Assembly: GCA_965644315.1 (NCBI GenBank)
Contig: CBFFRQ010000145.1
Location: 1 to 43,365 of the forward strand
Length of the DNA: 43,365 nucleotides
Direction of reading: 5' to 3'
From: Caecitellus pseudoparvulus
Lineage: Eukaryota > Protista > Bigyra: Bicosoecida
Part shown: one piece after another, positions 30,341 through 39,200 of the stretch
Position numbering within the stretch: the first letter of the stretch is position 1
How the letters are laid out: every line of letters begins with the position of its first letter
Program-made: the position numbers and the translations under genes
Notes under the pieces: generated by a model
Seen by the model: only the letters and a program-made list of their open reading frames with translations
Databases searched by the model: none
What the model was told of the DNA's origin: nothing

Positions 30341-32555
30341 GGTCACCGTTCAGGTTGACGAGGAACTCCATCGTGACTGGGGAGGGGAGCATGTCGAGCG
30401 CAATCGGCAGGGTCTGCAGCATGACCCTCGCTACTGGTGTCCCGGCGTGAAGATCGGAGATGAGCTTGCGGAAGATGTTCGAGCGCAGCTTGGTGGCGCG
30501 TATGTGTGCAGGTAGGAAGCCGCACACGGCAAGTTTTGCATAGTTATGCATCCTTGCCAGGGAACTTTGCATGCCGATCTGGGTCTTGCTCAGAGCAGTA
30601 GCGAGGCCCCGGTCCACTTCGCGCAGGGGAAGGACAGAGTTGCGGACCTGAGTAGCCAGTATGTAGTCCGCCGCTGCCGTGATGGAGGCACTACCAATAC
30701 GCTGCTTGAGGTCAATGCCCACCCACTCGCCAGTGAGCAGAGCACTGCAGGCAAACCCTGCTTGCGTGCAGGAAAGACTGGCCTGCTTGAGAGCAGAGGC
30801 CCGTGTCTTGCGGACATCTTCACACAGAGGGGCACCAAGGAAGACATAGCTGCGTGTTCGCTCGATGGGAACGCCACCGACGGTGAGTGTCTTTCCAGAC
30901 TTTAGCCATCTGGATCGCCAAATTGCCTTGCGCCTCTCGTTCGCACAGACTCCGTTGACTGGTGCTGCGTTGGTAATCACCATAATGCCTGACTTCCTTG
31001 GGTTGATCTTCAAGCCAACACGTGCTCCCACAGCCCGCACTTCATGAAACATTCTTTGCATCGCAGATGGGGACGTGGCCAAGCAAGCAAGATCGTCGGC
31101 ATACAGAGTGTGAGTGAGGCGGCCTGCAGATGTAGGCACCCCAGCTCCGGCGTATCCCTGTCCAGGGAGTTCTTGGAGGCGCTGGGACAGAACATCGATG
31201 GCGACTTTAAAGAGTAAGGGTGACAGGGCGCCACCCTGAGGGACGCCGCTTGTGACAGGGAGGGGATCGCACAGTCCGTGGGCCGTGTGGATGGAGACAC
31301 TGGCCCGAGACATGTACTCTGACACAGCCTTGAGCAGGGGCTGAGGCAGTCGGGCAGCTTCAAGGATCTCAAGGATTGCAGCATGGCTGACCGAGTCGAA
31401 CGCTGCCTTAAAGTCGATGAACATGACAAGGACGTGCTTGTCTGGTGAGCGTCTGAGGTATCCGTTCGCGGCCTCTTGAAGAGCAATGATTTGCTCGTGT
31501 GTGTTGCGTGACTTGCTGAACCCTGCTTGCTCTCGCGAGATCCAAGATTTCATCCATGCTTCCACACAGGCCGCGACGACGGAGAAGAACAACTTAGCTT
31601 GTGGAGGCCGACAGACGATCAGCCTGTACGTGTCCACGCGTCCAGGTCGGCTAGACTTCTTGGGAATGAGTGTGCCCACACCCTCGTGGTACTTTGCAGG
31701 ACAGGACCCGTGAGCCAGTGTGTCCAGCAGGGCTTGGGTGTACCTTTCCTTGAAGGCCAGGCTTGAGTACTTCAGGTGTTCAGCTTGAAACTGGCCTGTT
31801 CCAGGATTGCGGTGCAAGTTGAGAGCATCGATGGCTGACATGACCGTTCGCTTCGTGGGCAGCCAGACTTCTGGGGGGCGAAACTCTTCATGCTTGGAGG
31901 GCAGCAGCCTTGCAAGCCCAAACCGCAGAGGGGTTAGAGCTGTCACATCTGGGCTGATGATCGCTGCCATCTGTTCACGGACAGCTTGTTTTACCGCCGC
32001 ACTTGCATACACCAGCTTTCCGTCTCCCCCATACACAGACTGAATGGAAGTTGCCCCAATTTTCTTTCGTCGGCCAGAGAGACGCCTGACATGAACATGG
32101 GCAGCGAAGGGATCAGTGAGTGCCAGTTCTTTGATACGCTGCTTAATCTGAGTGACGGAGTGCTTGTGCTTCTTCTTGAGAAGGTGAGTGCAGCGCCGCA
32201 TTGACTCTTTTCTCATCCACACAGTATGTGCAAGGTCTTCCGCTATCATACCTCTCTGGTCCTCAAGGAGACGGGACATGACAGGATCTGAAGATCTCGC
32301 AGTGTTGTGGACCAAAGCAAGGCGTCGATCAATGCGGCATAGCTCACGCCGCAACTTCTTCGCGCGCGCCGTCATCTTCTTCTTCAGCTTGCTGTACTTC
32401 GATACATCGGTGAAGACTTGCAGTACTTCAGGGGATGTTCCTTTGCAGGTGGCGTGTGCTTTCTCAGCCGCTGCAGCAACCAGCCCGTCCAGCTGGGTCA
32501 ATACCTGCTCTTCTTCGGTGCCGGCTGGGGGCAAGGGTGTGGTAGCCTGGGCTTC
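30192..32555 (-). CDS. Reverse transcriptase, non-LTR (LINE) type, N-terminally truncated
   Basis: Domain 0 PGTGQF..EHLK, LIPKK, YRLI, QAGF, FIDFKAAFDSV, GVPQGGALSPLLF, YADD, GLKINPRKS, YVFLG. Confidence 0.93.
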   Translation of the reverse strand, partial: EAQATTPLPPAGTEEEQVLTQLDGLVAAAAEKAHATCKGTSPEVLQVFTDVSKYSKLKKKMTARAKKLRRELCRIDRRLALVHNTARSSDPVMSRLLEDQRGMIAEDLAHTVWMRKESMRRCTHLLKKKHKHSVTQIKQRIKELALTDPFAAHVHVRRLSGRRKKIGATSIQSVYGGDGKLVYASAAVKQAVREQMAAIISPDVTALTPLRFGLARLLPSKHEEFRPPEVWLPTKRTVMSAIDALNLHRNPGTGQFQAEHLKYSSLAFKERYTQALLDTLAHGSCPAKYHEGVGTLIPKKSSRPGRVDTYRLIVCRPPQAKLFFSVVAACVEAWMKSWISREQAGFSKSRNTHEQIIALQEAANGYLRRSPDKHVLVMFIDFKAAFDSVSHAAILEILEAARLPQPLLKAVSEYMSRASVSIHTAHGLCDPLPVTSGVPQGGALSPLLFKVAIDVLSQRLQELPGQGYAGAGVPTSAGRLTHTLYADDLACLATSPSAMQRMFHEVRAVGARVGLKINPRKSGIMVITNAAPVNGVCANERRKAIWRSRWLKSGKTLTVGGVPIERTRSYVFLGAPLCEDVRKTRASALKQASLSCTQAGFACSALLTGEWVGIDLKQRIGSASITAAADYILATQVRNSVLPLREVDRGLATALSKTQIGMQSSLARMHNYAKLAVCGFLPAHIRATKLRSNIFRKLISDLHAGTPVARVMLQTLPIALDMLPSPVTMEFLVNLNGDLDRARSGIPPPSPFMVCSTCGCTAACQAAVPSSSWFRETGMRTLHQTTA

Positions 32556-33356
32556 GGGTTAGGGTTAGGGTTAGGGTTAGGGTTAGGGTTAGGGTTAGCT
32601 AATCGTAATGCATTTCACCTCGGTTAGGGTTAGGGTTAGGGTTAGGGTTAGGGTTAGGGTTAGGGTTAGGGTTAGGGTTAGGGTTAGGGTTAGGGGTTTT
32701 TTTTTCTTTTTTAGGGTTAGGGTTAGGGTTAGGGGTAGGGTTAGGGTTAGGGTTAGGGTTAGGGTTAGGGTTAGGGTTAGGGTTAGGGTTAGGGTTAGGG
32801 TTAGGGTTAGGGTTAGGGTTAGGGTTAGGGTTAGGGTTAGGGTTAGGGTTAGGGTTAGGGTTAGGGTTAGGGTTAGGGTTAGGGTTAGGGTTAGGGTTAG
32901 GGTTAGGGTTAGGGTTAGGGTTAGGGTTAGGGTTAGGGTTAGGGTTAGGGTTAGGGTTAGGGTTAGGGTTAGGGTTAGGGTTAGGGTTAGGGTTAGGGTT
33001 AGGGTTAGGGTTAGGGTTAGGGTTAGGGTTAGGGTTAGGGTTAGGGTTAGGGTTAGGGTTAGGGTTAGGGTTAGGGTTAGGGTTAGGGTTAGGGTTAGGG
33101 TTAGGGTTAGGGTTAGGGTTAGGGTTAGGGTTAGGGTTAGGGTTAGGGTTAGGGTTAGGGTTAGGGTTAGGGTTAGGGTTAGGGTTAGGGTTAGGGTTAG
33201 GGTTAGGGTTAGGGTTAGGGTTAGGGTTAGGGTTAGGGTTAGGGTTAGGGTTAGGGTTAGGGTTAGGGTTAGGGTTAGGGTTAGGGTTAGGGTTAGGGTT
33301 AGGGTTAGGGTTAGGGTTAGGGTTAGGGTTAGGGTTAGGGTTAGGGTTAGGGTTAG
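32556..33356 (+). repeat. Interstitial (former terminal) TTAGGG tract, interrupted at 32599-32621 and 32696-32710
   Basis: Direct reading; one GTAGGG variant near 32735. Confidence 0.97.
32599..32621 (-). mobile_element. 23-nt stub related to the element 3' terminus (third variant)
   Basis: GGTTAG|CTAATCGTAATGCATTTCACCTC|GGTTAG shares CT, AATGCAT and TTCACCTC with the element A end CTGTTCAATGCATTGCACTTCACCTC. Confidence 0.7.
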
Positions 33357-33560
33357 CTACTCAATGCATTGCAGATTGCCTCCATGCAGGCTACATCATG
33401 GTACAGCTTGGGCTTGGACATGTGGTGCCACCTGCGCCACAACAGAATGCAGTGACACAGACACCACGACGGCACCGCTTGCACGGCTTTGCGACTAGCA
33501 CAGACTCGTGTCCGTTGTATAAGTCGCCGTCTGTCTTGGCGCTTCAGCGCCCGCCCCGGT
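33357..33560 (-). ncRNA. Conserved structured 3'-terminal RNA module of element B
   Basis: Homolog of 28206-28410. Hairpins ACGGAC-ACGA-GUCUGU, GCCGU-GCAA-GCGGU and GUGGUGUC...GGCACCAC. Confidence 0.75.
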
Positions 33561-33971
33561 GGGATGGTCTTGAGGTGTAGGTCCAGGTCTCGGTCCACTC
33601 TTGTCTTGTCCGTCCAGTCCAGTCTCGTCCGTCTCGGTCCGATGTCCAGGGGTGGAGACCCGACTTGCTTGGCTTGGGTGGCGGTGTGGGCTGGAGGATA
33701 TGGACTCGACACGGACTGGGTGTTGCTGAGATGCAAGCACACGACCCAGCCCGGCTGTCCCTTCGGCTCAGGTTTGGGGGCGGCCTCACAGATCTTGCTG
33801 CAAGTGCCTTCCCCTTCCACTGAGCCGAGTCCTGATGTGTTGGTATCGATGTTGGGTTGGTGATGGTGAGGTTGGGTTGGACTTTCCAATGTCCGATGTC
33901 AGCTATGTGCGTCGGTCGCGACACAAAGCTTCAGTCATGTGTGGCACAGGGAGTATGCCCCCACAGGTGAC

Positions 33972-36215
33972 TTACATCAGGCGTCCACCCATCTGCCCGA
34001 TCGAGATGTGGGGCACATCCTTGACCTTGGGCAGGCGACCCTCGCCGTCTTCAGGCACCAGCCGCTTGAGGGGGTCCTTGACCTCAGCCTCCAGGGTGGC
34101 GGCCTGCTGTCGGGTCATCCGCCCATGAGGCATGGCCACCCTTGTGCCCTTGCCAGCGATGAGGGTCTGGGGGTGCACGGTGCCGTCGGTGGCCTTGTGA
34201 GGCAGGGGGAAGTCATCTCGGAGAGACTGGAGTGCCCCTCGAAGCCTGTCCCGGAAGGGTGCTGGACTGCCCGCCTCGGGTGTGGTCCAGATCCGGTACA
34301 AGACGTTGATGCCTTCGGCTGCCAGCCGGGTCATGCACTTGTGCAGGGGCAGCTCGTCATGGAGGTCAGGGATGTCGGGGTTCCACAGCACCAGCTTGCC
34401 TCGATCATGGTCGACGAGGATGAGCTGCAGATGGGCCGTGTTGTCGGTCCACACCTCTCGAAGTGCGAAGGCATACAGCACTCCGTCGAGGTGCCCCTCT
34501 TGGTCACCCTCTTCATCAACCTGGCTGGGGTCGACGCCGGCCTGGCCAAGGTCATCATGCCCGGCTGGGGCACGGTACCCTTGGTTGATGCGGTCGATGA
34601 GCAGGTGCAGGCCGGGAAGCAGGACTGGTGGTGTACCTGGGGCCAGGAAGGTGTCATCCGGCGAGTGCTGGTGCAGCATGTTGCGGAAGACGGCCACCCG
34701 TTGCCCGTCTGAGCGGAAGGGGGAGGGTGGCTTCTGGCCGACGTCCATGATGTCCGAGCTGGACGAGTCACTGACCACCCCCTCCAGCTGCCTGACCATG
34801 TGCTTGAAGGCAAGCTGGGCAGCGTTGATGGTGGCTGCATGCTGGAGTAGGAGGAGGTCCCCAGCCTCGAAGACCCTCTCCCCTGCTGCCGTCTCGAGAC
34901 AGGCCTGGACACAGGGGCGGCCCCCCACGTTAGAGTACACGTGGGTCGATGACAGCAGGTCGGCCAGAGGGCCAGGCTTGATGGGGTACTCGGCCAGGTG
35001 CTCGGGTGTCCGCACACTGTCATGAAGAGGCACCACCCTTGTGATCACCTCCCATGCTGCTGCTGCAGACGGCCGATACCGGTGCACCTCGGGGCTTGCC
35101 TCGCCCGACGGGGTGGGGGACGGCCACTTGCGGTCGACGCCCCGCTGCACCCTTGATGAAGGCAACATGGCATGCACCACAGGGGTGGTGACGGTATCTT
35201 TGGGTGAGCCTTGGGTGGCAGGTGGTGAGGTTGGTCGAGGTGCAGGTGGCCGGACGTTCTTGATGAAGACGTCCTCGAAGGTGAGGGATCGTCCGGCTGA
35301 CTTGCCCTTTCCTCGCTTGCCTCGACGGGTCTTCTTCTTCTTCGGTGCCTTGTCGAGCTGAGTGTCAGTCCAGGTCGATGGTGTCTTGGTGTCGACAGGT
35401 GCATCACCCTCGGAGGGGACGGATTGTCTGACACTGGGACGGACGGCTTGGGCTGGCACGGGGCCATGGTCGAAGTGGGACCTAACGAGGCACATGACCT
35501 TGGCAACATCACCTGACTGGCAGGCGATTTCGGTTGCTTCCTTGGTCACTTGGTGGGCCACTTGGATGGCGGTGGGGTGGGCCTTCACCTTCACTTTCGC
35601 CTTCGCCGATGCGAACTGCTTGGTGTTGGTGTAGGCCACGGCGACGAACCCACCTTGGCCGACTCGAATGGCGAAGTCGTCCTCTTGAGCAGCAAGAATG
35701 CGAAGTTGACGTGCCACTGTTGGTGAATCACCCTCACTTCCGAGCGTGACGAGGATGGTTGGCGATCCGGTGGGTCCCTGGCGCAGGGCCGCATTGGCGT
35801 TGCCGAATTCCGCACTCAGCCCTGGGATCAGCCGTTCGGCGGCTTCCCCATAGACCTCGAGCCACATGTCCCGTGCCGAAGATGAACTATCATGATCAGT
35901 CTTGGGCAGGGGTCCTCCAAGCTCGAAGGTGCGTGCGGCACCCCGACGTGGCATGTCAGTGAAGACACCTGTTCTGGGGCCGAGCACTTGCTTGCGCTTC
36001 AGGCACCCCTCCACGAAGAGGACCCCCAGGACTTGATCCACTTGGGCGTTCATGATGCTTGTCAATGATGCTTTTGATGTCGATCCCAGGTGCATGCCCC
36101 GACCGAGGGCGCAAACTGGGAGCCACGGTGCGATGGTGTGCGGAATTCGCACTACCCCGCCCCGGTGCGCACCACCCAACCAGCAAGCACTGTGCAACAC
36201 CACACTTGGGTGCAC
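33972..36215 (-). CDS. Element B protein of unknown function (about 690-750 aa) with a basic NLS-like tract and a possible degenerate Ulp1-like fold
   Basis: Uninterrupted 747-codon ORF, first ATGs near 36095 and 36053. Contains KAPKKKKTRRGKRGKGK and HLQLILVDHDRGKLVLWNP. No RT motifs. Confidence 0.75.
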   Translation of the reverse strand: MHPSVVLHSACWLGGAHRGGVVRIPHTIAPWLPVCALGRGMHLGSTSKASLTSIMNAQVDQVLGVLFVEGCLKRKQVLGPRTGVFTDMPRRGAARTFELGGPLPKTDHDSSSSARDMWLEVYGEAAERLIPGLSAEFGNANAALRQGPTGSPTILVTLGSEGDSPTVARQLRILAAQEDDFAIRVGQGGFVAVAYTNTKQFASAKAKVKVKAHPTAIQVAHQVTKEATEIACQSGDVAKVMCLVRSHFDHGPVPAQAVRPSVRQSVPSEGDAPVDTKTPSTWTDTQLDKAPKKKKTRRGKRGKGKSAGRSLTFEDVFIKNVRPPAPRPTSPPATQGSPKDTVTTPVVHAMLPSSRVQRGVDRKWPSPTPSGEASPEVHRYRPSAAAAWEVITRVVPLHDSVRTPEHLAEYPIKPGPLADLLSSTHVYSNVGGRPCVQACLETAAGERVFEAGDLLLLQHAATINAAQLAFKHMVRQLEGVVSDSSSSDIMDVGQKPPSPFRSDGQRVAVFRNMLHQHSPDDTFLAPGTPPVLLPGLHLLIDRINQGYRAPAGHDDLGQAGVDPSQVDEEGDQEGHLDGVLYAFALREVWTDNTAHLQLILVDHDRGKLVLWNPDIPDLHDELPLHKCMTRLAAEGINVLYRIWTTPEAGSPAPFRDRLRGALQSLRDDFPLPHKATDGTVHPQTLIAGKGTRVAMPHGRMTRQQAATLEAEVKDPLKRLVPEDGEGRLPKVKDVPHISIGQMGGRLM

Positions 36216-36278
36216 GAGCGCCTGGATTAGGCAATGTTAGCACTTCACAACTTGTGATTAGCTTGACATTTGGAAAGT

Positions 36279-39200
36279 TTAGGGTTAGGGTTAGGGTTAG
36301 CTACTCAATGGTTAGGGTTAGGGTTAGGGTTAGGGTTAGGGTTAGGGTTAGGGTTAGGGTTAGGGTTAGGGTTAGGGTTAGGGTTAGGGTTAGGGTTAGG
36401 GTTAGGGTTAGGGTTAGGGTTAGGGTTAGGGTTAGGGTTAGGGTTAGGGTTAGGGTTAGGGTTAGGGTTAGGGTTAGGGTTAGGGTTAGGGTTAGGGTTA
36501 GGGTTAGGGTTAGGGTTAGGGTTAGGGTTAGGGTTAGGGTTAGGGTTAGGGTTAGGGTTAGGGTTAGGGTTAGGGTTAGGGTTAGGGTTAGGGTTAGGGT
36601 TAGGGTTAGGGTTAGGGTTAGGGTTAGGGTTAGGGTTAGGGTTAGGGTTAGGGTTAGGGTTAGGGTTAGGGTTAGGGTTAGGGTTAGGGTTAGGGTTAGG
36701 GTTAGGGTTAGGGTTAGGGTTAGGGTTAGGGTTAGGGTTAGGGTTAGGGTTAGGGTTAGGGTTAGGGTTAGGGTTAGGGTTAGGGTTAGGGTTAGGGTTA
36801 GGGTTAGGGTTAGGGTTAGGGTTAGGGTTAGGGTTAGGGTTAGGGTTAGGGTTAGGGTTAGGGTTAGGGTTAGGGTTAGGGTTAGGGTTAGGGTTAGGGT
36901 TAGGGTTAGGGTTAGGGTTAGGGTTAGGGTTAGGGTTAGGGTTAGGGTTAGGGTTAGGGTTAGGGTTAGGGTTAGGGTTAGGGTTAGGGTTAGGGTTAGG
37001 GTTAGGGTTAGGGTTAGGGTTAGGGTTAGGGTTAGGGTTAGGGTTAGGGTTAGGGTTAGGGTTAGGGTTAGGGTTAGGGTTAGGGTTAGGGTTAGGGTTA
37101 GGGTTAGGGTTAGGGTTAGGGTTAGGGTTAGGGTTAGGGTTAGGGTTAGGGTTAGGGTTAGGGTTAGGGTTAGGGTTAGGGTTAGGGTTAGGGTTAGGGT
37201 TAGGGTTAGGGTTAGGGTTAGGGTTAGGGTTAGGGTTAGGGTTAGGGTTAGGGTTAGGGTTAGGGTTAGGGTTAGGGTTAGGGTTAGGGTTAGGGTTAGG
37301 GTTAGGGTTAGGGTTAGGGTTAGGGTTAGGGTTAGGGTTAGGGTTAGGGTTAGGGTTAGGGTTAGGGTTAGGGTTAGGGTTAGGGTTAGGGTTAGGGTTA
37401 GGGTTAGGGTTAGGGTTAGGGTTAGGGTTAGGGTTAGGGTTAGGGTTAGGGTTAGGGTTAGGGTTAGGGTTAGGGTTAGGGTTAGGGTTAGGGTTAGGGT
37501 TAGGGTTAGGGTTAGGGTTAGGGTTAGGGTTAGGGTTAGGGTTAGGGTTAGGGTTAGGGTTAGGGTTAGGGTTAGGGTTAGGGTTAGGGTTAGGGTTAGG
37601 GTTAGGGTTAGGGTTAGGGTTAGGGTTAGGGTTAGGGTTAGGGTTAGGGTTAGGGTTAGGGTTAGGGTTAGGGTTAGGGTTAGGGTTAGGGTTAGGGTTA
37701 GGGTTAGGGTTAGGGTTAGGGTTAGGGTTAGGGTTAGGGTTAGGGTTAGGGTTAGGGTTAGGGTTAGGGTTAGGGTTAGGGTTAGGGTTAGGGTTAGGGT
37801 TAGGGTTAGGGTTAGGGTTAGGGTTAGGGTTAGGGTTAGGGTTAGGGTTAGGGTTAGGGTTAGGGTTAGGGTTAGGGTTAGGGTTAGGGTTAGGGTTAGG
37901 GTTAGGGTTAGGGTTAGGGTTAGGGTTAGGGTTAGGGTTAGGGTTAGGGTTAGGGTTAGGGTTAGGGTTAGGGTTAGGGTTAGGGTTAGGGTTAGGGTTA
38001 GGGTTAGGGTTAGGGTTAGGGTTAGGGTTAGGGTTAGGGTTAGGGTTAGGGTTAGGGTTAGGGTTAGGGTTAGGGTTAGGGTTAGGGTTAGGGTTAGGGT
38101 TAGGGTTAGGGTTAGGGTTAGGGTTAGGGTTAGGGTTAGGGTTAGGGTTAGGGTTAGGGTTAGGGTTAGGGTTAGGGTTAGGGTTAGGGTTAGGGTTAGG
38201 GTTAGGGTTAGGGTTAGGGTTAGGGTTAGGGTTAGGGTTAGGGTTAGGGTTAGGGTTAGGGTTAGGGTTAGGGTTAGGGTTAGGGTTAGGGTTAGGGTTA
38301 GGGTTAGGGTTAGGGTTAGGGTTAGGGTTAGGGTTAGGGTTAGGGTTAGGGTTAGGGTTAGGGTTAGGGTTAGGGTTAGGGTTAGGGTTAGGGTTAGGGT
38401 TAGGGTTAGGGTTAGGGTTAGGGTTAGGGTTAGGGTTAGGGTTAGGGTTAGGGTTAGGGTTAGGGTTAGGGTTAGGGTTAGGGTTAGGGTTAGGGTTAGG
38501 GTTAGGGTTAGGGTTAGGGTTAGGGTTAGGGTTAGGGTTAGGGTTAGGGTTAGGGTTAGGGTTAGGGTTAGGGTTAGGGTTAGGGTTAGGGTTAGGGTTA
38601 GGGTTAGGGTTAGGGTTAGGGTTAGGGTTAGGGTTAGGGTTAGGGTTAGGGTTAGGGTTAGGGTTAGGGTTAGGGTTAGGGTTAGGGTTAGGGTTAGGGT
38701 TAGGGTTAGGGTTAGGGTTAGGGTTAGGGTTAGGGTTAGGGTTAGGGTTAGGGTTAGGGTTAGGGTTAGGGTTAGGGTTAGGGTTAGGGTTAGGGTTAGG
38801 GTTAGGGTTAGGGTTAGGGTTAGGGTTAGGGTTAGGGTTAGGGTTAGGGTTAGGGTTAGGGTTAGGGTTAGGGTTAGGGTTAGGGTTAGGGTTAGGGTTA
38901 GGGTTAGGGTTAGGGTTAGGGTTAGGGTTAGGGTTAGGGTTAGGGTTAGGGTTAGGGTTAGGGTTAGGGTTAGGGTTAGGGTTAGGGTTAGGGTTAGGGT
39001 TAGGGTTAGGGTTAGGGTTAGGGTTAGGGTTAGGGTTAGGGTTAGGGTTAGGGTTAGGGTTAGGGTTAGGGTTAGGGTTAGGGTTAGGGTTAGGGTTAGG
39101 GTTAGGGTTAGGGTTAGGGTTAGGGTTAGGGTTAGGGTTAGGGTTAGGGTTAGGGTTAGGGTTAGGGTTAGGGTTAGGGTTAGGGTTAGGGTTAGGGTTA

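Larger units (their letters stand above)
28206..32555 (-). mobile_element. Telomeric retroelement A, non-LTR-type RT, 5'-truncated and capped by (TTAGGG)n
   Basis: Contains the RT and CCHC ORFs. The 3' end abuts GGTTAG without poly(A). The RT frame is open right up to the telomere junction at 32555/32556, which indicates 5' truncation. Confidence 0.88.
33357..36278 (-). mobile_element. Telomeric element B: RT-less, single ORF, shares the 3' module with element A, probably near full length
   Basis: Flanked on both sides by TTAGGG. Starts GGTTAG|CTACTCAATGCATTGCA. Its ORF has an in-frame upstream stop and an AT-richer leader near 36240-36278. Confidence 0.8.

Noticed and set aside
30295-30345. 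Programmed -1 ribosomal frameshift between RT and CCHC
   Set aside because: No canonical X XXY YYZ slippery heptamer in the RT frame. A 1-nt deletion or homopolymer error is simpler.
30192-32555. RT as a Penelope/Athena element or as TERT
   Set aside because: Motifs (domain 0, QAGF, DFKAAFDSV, PQGGALSP, YADD, downstream CCHC) are non-LTR type. No TERT T/CP motifs or PLE-type signatures were seen.
32556-33356. Internal telomere tract as a misjoin or chromosome fusion
   Set aside because: All tracts have the same G-strand polarity and the junction register repeats four times, which fits serial end addition. Read-level confirmation is still needed.
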